A DNA stretch of 58,523 nucleotides, counting the filler, from Sluysia triapertura (taxonomy: Eukaryota), in the NCBI GenBank assembly GCA_046118255.1. It is 4 parts of 4 records of this genome, joined end to end, with 100 filler letters (N's around TTAATTAATTAA, not from the genome) between each part and the next. Parts side by side here need not be neighbours in the genome. Positions count along the whole stretch, not along the records: positions 1 to 13,760 come from JBJNIA010021846.1; positions 13,861 to 30,036 come from JBJNIA010209368.1; 2 more parts are not named here. The stretch is one strand, 5' to 3'. The position numbers were made by a program, and so were the translations under genes. Shown here in pieces: positions 1-14,566 of this stretch. Below the pieces are notes generated by a model. It made no database searches and had not been told where the DNA came from. It saw only the letters and a list, made by a program, of their open reading frames with translations. How positions within the stretch are numbered: the first letter of the stretch is position 1; each line of letters begins with the position of its first letter.

Positions 1-1253
1 GTGCGAAAATAAGAACTTCATTTTATATTTATACTTACGAATAAGTATTTTATTTAAACATATTTAGATTGCAAAATAAATTAACATTATAACACAATAC
101 GTATTAAAACTATAAATATTGATTTAATGATTTACTGAAAGCAATTTGGAGGTGAATAATTTATTAAATCACAATTATTTATGGCTAATCAATAAAAGTT
201 GTAATATTTAATTTATGTTGCTTCATTGTAAATCCTAAGTTTTATAGTAGAGTTATAATTCAAAAATTGTAATTGTAAATGAAAAACTATATTAGAAGCT
301 TTCAAAAGTTAATCGAACTTTATGAATTAAAACTTTAGGTTTATGGCCTTTAATTATTGTAAACAAATTAACCAAAAAATAAAACCTTTATTCCAAAACA
401 AATAAAACACAACAAAATTGTTACATATAAATTTATGGAAGACTTTAATGTTATGTATAAATATCCGTATAATATAAATTATAGGATTTTTACTTAAAGT
501 GGAATAAATTTTTCTATCAACGTGAACAAGAGCGAATTCATATGTAGCAGGATTATGTAGAGGAATTTAAAAGGAAAAGTACATCATACTTGATGTCGAA
601 GGTTTTCTCTTTTGCTTTACTTGAATCTTTAAAATCCATTCGACAATCGAAGTAATTCTCTAAAATGTTTACAATCTCGAATGCCCTTTATATTTAGTTG
701 CATTAGCACTTAAAATATACTTTAATGAATTCATTTTTTAAAAAAAATTAAAGTAACACTTGGAGAAAAATTATTAAATAAATCGCACAAAGTTATTAAT
801 ATAGTATCACGATAGAAATCATGCGGTATCCAATTAAAACTACCGTATCTTATAACTGTAAAATATATAAATATGTTGTAAATACTAATTTGTAAAAACT
901 AATTTTTGTTTAAATATGTTGTAAATATTAATTTTGTTATATCGTGTAAATATTATTTTTGAAAATATTAATTGAATTACAAAACCATAAATAAAATTTT
1001 AATTAATAACGAACTTTAATAATTAATCCTTAAAATAGAATTTAAGATAAATATTTAAATTATTTTACGTCAAAATTTTTAAAACATTTACGAATTATGG
1101 TAAACATTTAATTTTAAATATATAATCGTATTTAATTCTAAAATTAGAAAAATTATAGAATAGGTTTACTTAAGAAATATATAAAAGAAAAGCCAAGTAA
1201 ATCTTTCTCACAATATTTTAATTAGTAAGCAGTTTAGTTGGACAAAAAGGCTC

Positions 1254-1392
1254 ATATTTTCGGAAATTTGGAGATATTAATAACGATTCGAATACATATA
1301 TTCATCTGTGAAGAACCACTAAGAAAGCTAATATTTTTGGAAATTTGGAGATATTAATAACGATCAGAATACAAATATTCATTTGGAAATTT
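1254..1392 (+). repeat. Tandem duplication of ~55-bp unit (period ~77 bp)
   Basis: GGAAATTTGGAGATATTAATAACGAT..GAATACA.ATATTCAT.TG occurs twice. Confidence 0.85.
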
Positions 1393-4148
1393 ATTCCAGT
1401 AGATAACTAAGTAAGCTTATTCATATTAAGTTTTCGGCATAAATATTTGCCTCAAAATCAGACTTACATTCTTTAATTATTTTTTAATAAACCCAAGGAT
1501 TACCCCTAGGTCAAATTGAATTCAAAATATTATTATACAATAATTATTCGTGTTATATAATTTTTCTTAAATTTGTTAATTTTCTTTTATTTTTGATATA
1601 ATAAACTTTTAGTTGTTGTAAAGTTCATTTTTATAAATCATAACATTAAAAAAATTGAATTGAATAAATAATATTAATAAGTTTAAATTAATTATTACGG
1701 ATTTATAAATAATCTTTCTGACAAAGTTTAAGAATCATTAGAAGTAACACACAATAATAATTAACATATTATTTGTTAGAGTCTAGTGACCCTCTCAGTT
1801 AAAGTTTCTTTTCAAATCCTACGAACGCGTCCTTAGTTTTTTAAGACAAAGCGCGTTACGTAGGTGCTTTATATTTTTTTAATCTAAGAAAGCGAACATA
1901 ATTATATCAAAGCCAATAATTTTATATTCGCATGCCTTATAATTAAAAGCATCTCTCAAATTTAATAAGTAAGTTAAATCAAAATCATAAGTACATGTAT
2001 AAACAATAATAATAAGAAGAAGCAAAGTAATGTAAAAAAAATTTTTATAAAACACATTGTCCCTATTACTGAAAGTGATGTAAAACAAAAATATAACTGA
2101 CAATACAATTAATAACGATAAATATACTGATTAATATATAAATGTACCTTATGTACTCAATATGCTCAACATAAGATAAAAATACACTGTTCATGGATAT
2201 TTTAAGACCAGAAGTCATACAATTTTTTAGAATTAAAAGTATTATTACAATTAAAATATGATATATCATATTTCAAACTTATATACTTTATAAATTGTAC
2301 AATATACATAAAAGTTAACTGATTAAAGTTATTAATAACGATAATATAAATAAAAGCTGGATAAATTTCAAGACAATAAGCCGGTGTTACTTCTTAACTT
2401 AACTTTTTTCTTTTGTTTTCATCAGAAGCTAATTTATTAAGAGTATTGATAATTTATTAATTAACTTTTTAAAATAATCTTTATAATCGTTAATTATAAA
2501 AATAAGTGAAATAATTAAAGCAATTAAAATAATAAAAAATAATTAAATAAAAATTAAACAAATCATAAAAACATACACTACACAGAATTTTAAGAATAAC
2601 ATTTAAACTTTTAATGTCAAAATTTAATTCATAATTTTATTTAAATTTTTTTATATAAGAATAAATTTATTAATAAAACTCTGCTTTAATTTAAAGAGTT
2701 ATCAAATTTTTAAATAAAATTAGTTAAATAGAAGAAATTAAATGCTTTTATTAATTGAATTTGTTTATAAATTTAATCTTTTGAAAACTTCTTTATGACA
2801 TGAAAATATTAATTATATTATAATCGACATAAAAATATAATTTTTGATATCCAAACAAAATGAAAAATACTTGAAATAAAAATAATAGCAGTAATAGAAC
2901 AATATTGACAGTGATAAAATGTGATTGACATTAAAATATATACACAAAGAGGAAAAATAATAACGAGAATTATAACAGTAATAATCAAAATAATATGGAT
3001 TTAGTAATTTGTTTATATAAGAACTGTTTATTTGTTTGTAATTATTATGAATTGATTTGGTGTTCAGTACAATTAAGTTCATTATTACCATTATAGTACA
3101 TTTTAATTGTAACCACAAAAATATTGAATACTAATTAATAACAAATGTTATCATACCAATCATTACTGCATGTATCAATATTAGAGTGTATAAAATATTG
3201 TGGAAAAAATAATTACATAAAAACTGTGCTTGTGTGCAAAACCATAAAAATAACATTATTTACATTTATTCAAGGTATTAAAAGTCGGTTTTAATTATGA
3301 TGTGGTTTTGCCTATCAGTGATTTCGACTGTGTTCCGAATCTTATCCAATTAAAGGCTCATCCACAAGATTTTAAGAAAAGGCAAACTTAACTATAAGTT
3401 ACATGTCTCAATCGGACAGATAGATGGTTTGCGTGATGTTAATAACTTAACAATTGGTTATATTATAATTTGATTATCCAATTAATATCTCAATTGAATT
3501 GAGTTAGAGTCTTTGACTCGTTAAATTTTTATATTTATTGAGTTATTTAAAATAGGACTTGAGAAAGCTTGGATTTATAAAACGTCTTAAAAATGTTTTG
3601 GAAAAATATCAATTTTATTAATTAAAAACTATGAAATTTAGAATCTCTTTGAATTTGCATTCTTCTTAAAATAGGACTTTGAAAGTTAACGCTAAAGTAA
3701 AAGTTTTGGGTAGAACAATGTTCTATGAATTTGCAGGCTTACTTAGAATAGCCTTTTTGAAAAAGTTCAATTATAATCAAAATTTAAGTTGATTTTAGTA
3801 CAGTAAGATGCGATATATGAATGAATAAACTTACTATGATTGAATAAATTTTTAATCAGTTAATCAACATTTTCTCCGAAAGAATATAAAATACATTTGT
3901 AAAGTGAATATCAAGGAAATTATGATTCCACTTCAATTAAAAAGTCGAATAGCGTTTGTGGTTGACTTACGCACTAAGAGAATTGATGATCGACAAAATT
4001 TCTCTATAGATCATGAGAGCACATATATTTTGTATAAAAGTTCTTATAAATATAAACCTAAATTAATTTGTACTTTACCATATTATTTAATATTTTAACA
4101 TATCATATTATTAAAATGTTTGAACTGCTACTAACATTAATTTATTAA

Positions 4149-4560
4149 TGTAGTGGCCAACCTTTATAACCACTAAAATTTTATAAAAAATTAATATCTT
4201 TCTTTCCTTTTTATTATATTTTAACACTCATACATTCATCTATTACATACTTTCTAAAATCTATCCATATCCACAATTCCACAACATCCAAATCACAATT
4301 ATTCCCAACATTACCAATTAACATCAACTAATCCACCAAAAACATATACTCGACATTCATAATAATCCAACAAGAAACACATTCGTGATAATCTATTCAA
4401 TACTTTCGAATCCTTTATTTTACACTATACTTTAATATTTAATACTTAATATTTAACAATATTTATTTAATAGTTTATTTGCCTAAACTAAATCATAGTC
4501 ACAAACTTATAACACATAAACCAAATTACATTTAATACCATTTAATACCAAATAACTACA
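4149..4560 (+). mobile_element. LTR-like repeat, TGTAGT...ACTACA, followed by a PBS-like TGGTGACC
   Basis: Starts TGTAGTGGCCAAC and ends ACTACA (6-bp terminal inverted repeat, TG...CA). CA-rich strand bias. TGGTGACC at 4570 resembles a tRNA-Trp primer-binding site. Confidence 0.55.
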
Positions 4561-4952
4561 CTACCAAATTGGTGACCGGCTTTCAAAATAAACATATTGA
4601 TCATTTTAAAGTATTGTAACATATTAACCATAAGCATAAACTATTCTTATATACACAATCTTAAAACTCCACACCTTTCTTAAAACTCCACACCTTTTGA
4701 AATATTATTACTATTATTATTATTATTATTATTAATTAATTAATTAATTAATTAATTAATTAATCATACAAAAATTATTGTTAAATTTTTTGAAATACTA
4801 CATAAAACTAACTTATTAAATCTCACATACTAGACTAATGGTAATTTTAAATTATTGTAACATATTAACTCTAATCATAAACTATTCTAATATGCACTTT
4901 TAATAAACAATTATACTTTTTCTTAAGGCAATAGACCTTTTAAATTATATTG

Positions 4953-4954
<2 letters not shown>

Positions 4955-5013
<59 letters not shown>
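4955..5013. repeat. (TTA)n microsatellite
   Basis: Seen directly. A further (TTA)n/(TAAT)n run lies at about 4705-4763. Confidence 0.95.
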
Positions 5014-5977
5014 TTCTACATGATTTCTATTCACATATTCTTTTGAATTTTATTTACCTACTCCTGTTGTGTTTCCTTATTATCTTTAGTTAGTACATTT
5101 CCTGTCTGGAATATATTATGACAGTAAACCATGATTTTTAAAAACAACAAATCGGCTTACTTGATTAGTATGGATTTTGCTATTGTATTACGAAAACATG
5201 TGAGTTATCAAAAATGCTCATTAAATATAATGATCATTACGTTGAAAATAAATCTTCTTTTTTTGTACTTCGTTATTTATTTTTCAAAGTCAACTTAATA
5301 GAACAAAAAAAATTTCATGTACGGCGTGCTAAGTTTATATTCTTGCATTTTCATTTATCTTAAATTTATTCGTTATGACTAAACTGCATAATGTATATGT
5401 TACTTGAACTCAATTAATTGCGTCATCATGGGTGATTATGATGTTTAAACCATTTTTTCAGACAAATAACAACGAAATGTTCCATTAAATATCACTCATG
5501 AATACTATTCAAAGAATCTTACATTGATAATTACCCTCAATGATTCAAAAAAATTAATATGAATGAAGGTAGGTTGAGAAATATTGATTTGTATCAGTAA
5601 AATGAAATGATTATTGATGAAACATAAAATTTTGTTAATTATAAAATTTATTTTTTATAGCTCAAGTTTTGGAATAACATATTCAGATTGTGTCAATGGA
5701 CAAATACTAATTTATTAGAAAATTCATTCGTTTTACTGACAAAAGTTTTAAGAATTTCGTGTTCTAAGGATATATATTTGTGCGATAATTCTTTGAAATA
5801 TTTTTAATAATTACATACACATATTATAAATTATATTTAAATATGAAGAATAAATAAAATTTTATTATTAATATTATTCCAACTTTTACAAGTTTTGGAA
5901 ATTACACTGCAGATTATTTTATAAACTTTATTAAATATTAGTAAAAACTCTGATGAAATAATCAGATTAATTCCCAT

Positions 5978-6008
<31 letters not shown>

Positions 6009-9000
6009 GTAATAATACTGCTAATAATTAATTATAATCGTAATAATAATCAAAAATATTATATCATTTATTAAAACAGACATTAAAAAATTTTCTACAT
6101 AAAAATTATAAAGTTATGAATACATTCAATAAAACTTGGTCCTCCAGTTGTAAATTAATAAATAATAAAATAATTATAATTAATAAAATAAATGAAATTC
6201 TAAGCCTATATATCATTATAAAACATTATGTTAGTTCAAGTTATCACATAAGTTCATAGCATTAGTCTTATGAGGAATAGAGAAAACTATTAACTACAGC
6301 ATGGGCTATGGCATCAGGTTTCGTAGTGAACTTACAAAACATGACCAAAATGACATGCAATAAGATGATGTCAATAATTATGAATTGATATAGCCAATTT
6401 TTAAAAAATATAACCAAATAATACGAACAAGACAGATAAAATTCAGTACATAAAGAAGTGAAATTTGTTTCACTCACAATTTAGAAGATCACAAGTTGAA
6501 CTGAACAATTATTTGATTGAAACTATTATTTTGATAAAGTTAACATTTGGTTTGTATGAGTTGTCATAACAAAATAAAGATTAAAAGTTGTAATTAAAAA
6601 AATTTTAAAATTTAATTGAAAACAAATATTTATATTCCTGCTTTTGAATTAAAATAAATTATTTTATAAGGTTTTATATTAATGTAAATTTTCAAAATAA
6701 TTATTGATAATTATTAAATTTTCATAATTATTAATTATTATTTTTCGAGTTAAGTAAGTAAAGTTAAAAAACGTTTGTAGACATATTTAGTTAAAAAGAG
6801 AAATGATCATAACTTTACATTTTATTTGTACCGTTATAATTAATTTAAAATTTAAACTTTTGTAATAGTAGGGTGCATTGAAGCATTATTTGCTGTACCT
6901 CGTATATTTTGTATTGCATCTATAGTTTTGTCTAATAATCTTTCAAATTTATCATTAGAATTGTCATTATACATTTTGGTAACACGTACATTTTAACACA
7001 CATTTTATGCTATTTATAAATTTTTATTTTGGTAATCAATAATAAATCAATAATATACATAATTTATATTAACAATTTATATAATTTGAACTTTGATATA
7101 ATAATCTAAGTTTATTTTTTCAATGTAATTTTATTTTATTTTAATAATTTTATAAATTTGAATTACGAACCTTAACAATAATACTTTAATCTTTAAAATT
7201 ACAAATTTTTAAAAAATTACAAATATTTTTATTTGTTTTAATTGACATACGTTGTCAAAAAACAATATGAATAACACGACATAAAATAATACGACTCAAG
7301 TGACTTGTCTTAACATAGAAATTTCTTTTTCAATGTAGTTCCACGAGCATTCATTATTCGAGATTTGAGTTTCATTCTTCGACAATAACAATATATTTAA
7401 AAGAGTCACGTTAGTCAATTTTATTATAAGTTTAATTAGATTAAATAGATGTAAAATATACTTAAACTATTGATCATACGTTTCCCTTCAACCATTTAAC
7501 GAGTTGAAGTAAAAAATATTTTTAAAATACAGATTAAAGAAAATTAATACTTTAAAGTACAATTTAGTAAAATTTATATCATTATATTTTATAACTGCTC
7601 GATTTCTCTATAAAAATCAACAATTATGAATAATTTTTAAATGAATGTGTCCGTCTATATATTGTGGTTTTGTCTGAACGAGGACGCAATTACAGATGTT
7701 CACTAAGATTAATTTGAAGCTTTCTTAAAAACAAAACGAATTTTCTTACTATAAATGTTATATGAACTTTACAGAAATGTGACAAAATTCTAGAATTATT
7801 TAATTTCAATTTACCTTAACTATTCAGTTGACTTATCTAACAAATTTCCTCTTCAAATTCTTTATGTAATTTCTTTTTCTTTAATCGGTCTCTCTAAAAT
7901 TCCTTACGTTCTTACTATAATTCTTTTATTAAAATTCCTTTAAAGTTATTAATATAATATATTAATAATATCGATATAACTTATATTAATATAATATAAT
8001 TCTTCCAAACTTTTTTACTTTTTAAATCCCTTTTAAGCTCTAAACTGAAATTTTCTTATTTTATGATTATTACGTAAATATAAAAATCGCATTAATTAAA
8101 TTTAAATAAATTTTGTTATTTAACTTTTAAATTAAATTTATTTATTTATGAAATTAAAACTATTTATTTTACCCTAACCAATTATTTTTTAAAAATATTT
8201 ATACAATAATATTTAATTTTACAAAATATTATAATTATTATCAAAATTTTATACAAAAATAATTTATACGAATTTTTTATAAAGTAATATAAAATAATAT
8301 TCACATAATTCTATCAAGTATTTGATTTTTGTATTGTCATTATATATAGTTTTTAACTTACACAAATTATTCTTTCCCATCATTTGCGAAAATTATAAAT
8401 TTACATAGCTATAAAATCAAATCAAAATCATTGACGATTTTTAATAATAATAAAATAAAAAAATTGCAGATTGTTCCTCGGATATCTGACGAAAATTATA
8501 TAGTTATAATCTGTCACTGCAAGAAGACAGGAAATAAATCTTGACACCACTGCATTAGTTCTTTAAGCTTTATTAGCAACATTCTTTTATATAACCTCCA
8601 ATTAGCTATTTTATACGCCACTTACGTATTAGCCCTTAAGTGAGTAAGCCTAATATTGTAAGGGATTCACGTAAAATCTAAAATCTAAATAAACGATTTA
8701 GCAAAATTCTAATTTCTAATATTTATCACATTTAAATTTACACCTTCACAGAATAGAACAGCATAAATAAGTTTAAGTTCCAACAGATTCTTGAATAATA
8801 AACCTATTTAAACTTGTAGTATGCATCAAGAAATATATTTACGTATCCCGTTATAGGGATTTGTGTTATATGGGGACTCCCGCATAACGCGGTAAATATC
8901 GCATTATGAGAATTTTCGATATTGAAGAATATTTTAGTCATTTAACATCAAGACTGGCTTTTTATGTTTATTCAAATGGGTTAAATTTTTGGATAATTTT

Positions 9001-10596
9001 TAATATATTTTTGCATAATTTTTAATATAATGATTACCTCCGGTGAAACGGTTCCAGTTGAAAATATATTGAATTTTAAAATTTAAGATTTATTTTAAAA
9101 ATAATCATTTTATTTAAAATAAAACAATAATTATAAATAAAACAATAATTTATATATTGTATTTTCTTTAATCAAACAAAATTATACCGTAATTAAATTC
9201 TTCAGTTTAAATAAATTACAAACAAAGCAAAATTATTTTTTGTTTCAAAACCAAATATGAAATGTTTTAATTTTTTTAGAAAAATGTAAAAGATCTAATC
9301 GTTTAAATTTAGCATAATTAAAATGAAACAAAGTAGAAAAGTAGAAAGCAACATAATTAGATATATGTATTGTGTTAAAAATGACAATGTGCATTGAAAA
9401 TAAAATATAGGGTAAGTAATAAATAACTTCGTGTTTCTATCTTATTTACCGAATATTGAAAGATAACTTGATTTTTATCTTATTATATAATTACTATCGG
9501 TATGTTACAATATATTATTTTACAAAAAATAATTATTTACTTTTATTCAGATAATGAAACATCAAAAATTAAAATAAATATTAATATAAATATATAATAT
9601 GTATTTATGTATTGTCACCATAGTTACAATGCTAGCTCTAAGTACTTCAAGCATTTTATCTTACTTTATCTTAATTCATTGATTTTGAAATGAAAACTGA
9701 TATTTAAACAATTTTCATAGTTTCTTGTAAAATATCAACATGCTTAATCTTGTTATTGTTAAGTTTTTGTTTTATTTAATCACAAATAAACGATTTAGAT
9801 CCGGACTTCTAGGTAGTCACTGAGGTTAGAAATGACAACTTCGTGTTTTAACATATCTTCATTACGTAAATTAATGTAAGAAAGAGCACCGTTTTGCCGA
9901 AAAAGAATATTCTTTTAATAAAAAATAATTATCGTCTCAGACAATTCCAATCATTTACAATAATCCTTTAAGATGTGATCAAGTTCCTGTAATAAGGGAT
10001 TGATCAATACGAAATACATTCTCATCTGGAAATTTTATTGACGATGTTTAATTTAAAAAGTTCAACATGATATTATAATCATTAACTTCTAACTTAAGGA
10101 TAACTTTATGTAATATTTTGCAAACTGTTCTTTGCCTTACATTCACCGCAGGATTATTAGCTATTTGCCTAGTAGATACTTTGATTCAAGTGGATACTTG
10201 ATTCTAAACCCTCCTAACCATTCTTACTTCATTTGTTGATGTTACTGGTGTGACATTTTTTTGTCTAGCTTCATTAAAATTTATTAATCAATCGCATTTT
10301 AAAGGTTCGTTAATAAAATTAAATGTCTTAAAATTACTTTTTAGGATAGTAAAATTATATCCGGCTTAACAGTTGTGCAAAAATGTAATAATAGTTACAA
10401 AGACACTTGACCCAATTGAAAATTCATAAGAGCAAACCAAAATCATATTACTAATATAAAACGTCTAATTTTTAACGCAACAATAACATTAGAACTTTAA
10501 CTCACCAAAACATTATTGCTTAAGTTAATTTTTAACGTATTTTGTAAGTTGACTTATTTTAAGAAACATATTTTTCGAAAAATATTGATTATCAAA

Positions 10597-10720
10597 TGTT
10601 TCTATTTGCAAACAGTCTAAATCATTTTACAATAGTATCAGATTATACTCTATTTAGACACCGGAGAATATCTTGGTGATACTAAAGATATTTGTACTGC
10701 TTTGAGATCTTTAGGTGAAC
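10597..10720 (+). mobile_element. Degenerate gag zinc knuckle and protease active site of an LTR retrotransposon
   Basis: Frameshifted C-S-I-C-K-Q-S-N-H (CX2CX4H) at about 10597-10625, then IILYLDTGE (TTA GAC ACC GGA at 10654-10665). Confidence 0.5.
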
Positions 10721-10849
10721 TTAATATTATCTTAAACATTTTGAAATAGTAAAGTACTCTTGAACTTGCAACTATTTGTAATCGTGTGAGCCATTAGGAA
10801 TAAATGAAACCTTGATGCGTAACTTTGCAAAACATTTAAACTCCTTAAA

Positions 10850-11820
10850 ATACCCTTGAAATAAAATTATTGTTACTGATTACAAAACAAATTTAATATG
10901 CATGTTGAGACTGCCCAAACCTTGAACAGGAGATAAGTAAGAAACATTTAGAATTACAAAATGAAGGAAGAATGCCAGAATGTGATGGAGAGAACATTAT
11001 AAACATTATTGGTACGAGAATGAAGATATCCACAGTAATGATGAGAGCTGAAGAATGCATTGGAGTTCCAAAGACCTTTATTAAGTATTGAGATCTTGTG
11101 AAGGTTTCAAGTAGGTTTGAAAAATGCGATATTTAAGGTACTTTTGTTTTTTTTTACATTAGAATCATCTAAGACCTCATTAGTCTTTGAAACCTCGATA
11201 AGCGTTTAAGTAACCTTATAAAATATTTGAGAAATAAAATAATTGTTACTAATATTCAAGATAAGTTTGATATTTTTAATAACTAACGTAAAGAATTAGA
11301 AAAAAGAAAAATATCTAGAATCCTGAATACCTTATAAACTACTAAATAATTTTAGAACCTTAATAAAACCTTTAAACATAAAATAAGATCAAGTCTAAAA
11401 ATAGAATAATTAATTAAAATCTTAATTAATTTAATTAAGAAAAAGTCCGTTTTGTGAATAACTTTTGAATGCGGAATGCTATGTTAAATTTGAAATATGC
11501 ATGTATTTGTTTTAAAAAGACCTTTCGAATTCATGCAAGGAAAGCCTTAATATTGAGAAAAGTCAAATTTTAATTAATCCTTAATTATGGAATGTTGAAT
11601 TTTTATACTTACAATTATGAAAATATAATGAATCCTAAACATTTTCGATAAGAAAATTTGGTGTAAAAAACCGAAATCAATTAAATTCTAATAACAAAAA
11701 TTAGATTCATTATTTTATATATATGTTAACAGTAATATTGATTGTTATTTTAATGTGAGAATTTAAGTAAAAGTAGATTGATTAAAGTAAAGGAAAATAA
11801 AAGATGATCATAAATCAAAT
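10850..11820 (+). repeat. Long dispersed repeat; inverted homolog at about 46460-47600
   Basis: CATGCAAG(G/A)AAAGCCTTAA(T/G)ATTGAG(A/T)AAAGTCAAATTTTAATTAA and other blocks are shared with the reverse complement of 46.5-47.2 kb. Boundaries approximate. Confidence 0.75.
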
Positions 11821-13760
11821 TTTGTGTTTTGTAGCCAGTAAAATTTGACTAACTATACCATATAATTGTCAAAGTTATTATTGTCGGATTAATTCTCAAA
11901 TAATTTTGTGACGATTTGTATGAGAGAATATTTGATTGTAAAAACTCGGGAAAGATTAGATGACGAAAATGTATAAAAGGAAATACTATAATGTTTTATA
12001 AAAAAAGTTTACTTTTATTGTGATAGCAGTTATGAACATATATTGGTAATTTTATTTATTATTTTATTTTGTTTTGATTAAAAAATTAATAAGATAATTT
12101 TATTGAATAACTTTATATTTTTGGTAGGTCCTGATTATTAAATTGAGTGAATTTAATGTGAGATTTCATTTAAATAAAAAGATTACCTAGAACAGAAAAA
12201 ATAATGATTAAATCATTAATCATAATTTTGTACTGTGGTCTTGATTCTCAAAATTTGTTCGAAAGATGAAAGAGGTATAAAAGAAAACTGAAAAAAAGAT
12301 TCATGTTGATATTTTTATAGGGTCGATGCTTGAGTAAAATATTACTATGTTGTGTTATTTTATTATTTTAAAATTTTACTTATGTTAGAGGATTGATTAT
12401 GTTTATATTTTACTTGAAATATCTAAGATTAAAATTTTGAAGAAATGTACGTTAGGAAACAATCTATTTTTATTTTTTATTTTGCTGAATAGTGCGCGAG
12501 AGAATAGATTTTCCTGAAAATAAGAAACATAATAAGAAATAATAATAGGTAAGTTATAAATAATTTTATAATAAGTTAATTTAATAATAATTTTAATTTA
12601 ATTTAAGAATTTTATAATAATTTAATAAGTTGTTTAGGAAAAGTTGAATAAAATATCAATTCCGTTAAAATAATAAAATAATCCATAAAAATATATCACA
12701 AAGTTTAATTTAAAAGTACTTTTAACTTCCAAAAATTTAAGTAAATTTATAATTCCAATAAATAATTATATTTATTAATAATTAAATAATTATAATTATT
12801 ATTTTAACAAAACATTTTCGTTTTTATATAAAGTTTTTAATAACCATGCATTACATTATTTAATATCAAATAAAATAATTAAAATATAAACTAATTCTTT
12901 TTACTTCATAAAAAAGAATTTCAATTTTTAAAGGGAAATAATGAATATTTCTTTTTAATGTTCACACTAAGAAACAAACAAACGAAAACTAGCAAGTTTT
13001 AATAAATTCAAATAACAGTAGTTTATTTATTTGTGTAAATAATACAACTCATTGTTTTATTTGACAAGAAATGATACAAAAATGATTTGAGTTTCTTTCT
13101 ACTTAATAAATAATTTACAAAGTAGACTGAAATGAATTTTCATTTAGTATATTTTCACTTTTAGTGCTTTGGATTAAACATGAAAATAAAACAATAAATC
13201 AATAAATCAATCATAATTACTTTTAAATTATCATAAAAATTTTAAAATAATAATAATAATGTATTATTTTTAGACTTTTGCTGAGTTTGTAAATATGTCG
13301 ATTTGAAAAATCAATATACATTTAATCGTATATTTTACATTTTAAATATTTGTTTTAAATTTAAACAAAGTTCATGCAACAAAACGAAACGGAGCATTTT
13401 TAATTTTATATATTCGTATATAGCATTATTGTATACCTCAGTACTAAAAATACAAGTTTAAAATAAATTAAACATTAAAACATTTTGTTTTAATTAATTT
13501 TTAAAATTGTGAATAAAAATCCAAATTGAATTTATTTACATTGTAGTAAAACAATATTATTTGAACAGTAAAATTGATATAAATACCGAACCCGTAAGTG
13601 TTAATGCAAGAAATAGGAATTACCATGGTTACCAATAAAAGCAAGAATATAAATAAAAATAATGATTGTAACTTAGTAATTAGTGATTCCGCTGACTGAT
13701 CTTTACTGCTAATCTTTGTTTGTCTTTCAAATAAAAAGAGAACAATATGTGTATATAATA

Positions 13761-13860
13761 NNNNNNNNNNNNNNNNNNNNNNNNNNNNNNNNNNNNNNNN
13801 NNNNTTAATTAATTAANNNNNNNNNNNNNNNNNNNNNNNNNNNNNNNNNNNNNNNNNNNN
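13761..13860. other. Artificial contig-joining spacer (44 N + TTAATTAATTAA + 44 N)
   Basis: Identical 100-nt layout at three places; the 12-mer gives stop codons in all frames. Confidence 0.97.
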
Positions 13861-14458
13861 ATTCGTGTTTTATTTATTAAATAGTATTGTTAATTTGTTA
13901 TAATATAAATTGTGTTTGTATATACAGCAAAAATAGAGGGTGTTCTATACTTTTGAAATAGGGTGTAACTTTATTATCGCTTGATAATATAGCCAATTGC
14001 ATTTATGTTAATTTTCTTCTATAATATTAGTTTTTCCACATTCATGTATTTTTCTAATATTTTTTTGTTTTAGTTTATGATTACTGATCTTTCTTTACGT
14101 GGCAATCAAGCCTAGTGAGTCTAGGCTCACACCTTTCGCGTCCTGTTTTTGTTTTCTTTAGAACGCTTTTAAAATTACTAAGATATTCTTTTACGAATAA
14201 GTTTATGTTGTTAAATCTATTTTAAGTTTTATAAATTTATTTCCTTATGATATAATTGTTATATTGTTATAGATATATAAAGTGAAAAATAATGGAATAT
14301 TTGCAGTTGAGCTTTATCGACAAATCCCAGCAAATTATGACATATTCTTTTCTATACATGTGTTTATATATTCAAACAATATCGAACAGTATCAGAGATT
14401 ATATAAAGTTCAGTTGTTATTGAGTGATTTAGAACCAAATTTGGTATCATTTTGAATA

Positions 14459-14513
<55 letters not shown>

Positions 14514-14527
14514 GTTATTATTATTAT
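14459..14527. repeat. (TTA)n microsatellite
   Basis: Seen directly. Confidence 0.95.
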
Positions 14528-14566
14528 CGATAAAAACTAAATCAAAATTTTAAAAGTTGCTTTTAA

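Noticed and set aside
13805-13816. TTAATTAATTAA palindrome centred in N runs (also 30081-30092, 46088-46099)
   Set aside because: Assembly linker, not biology.
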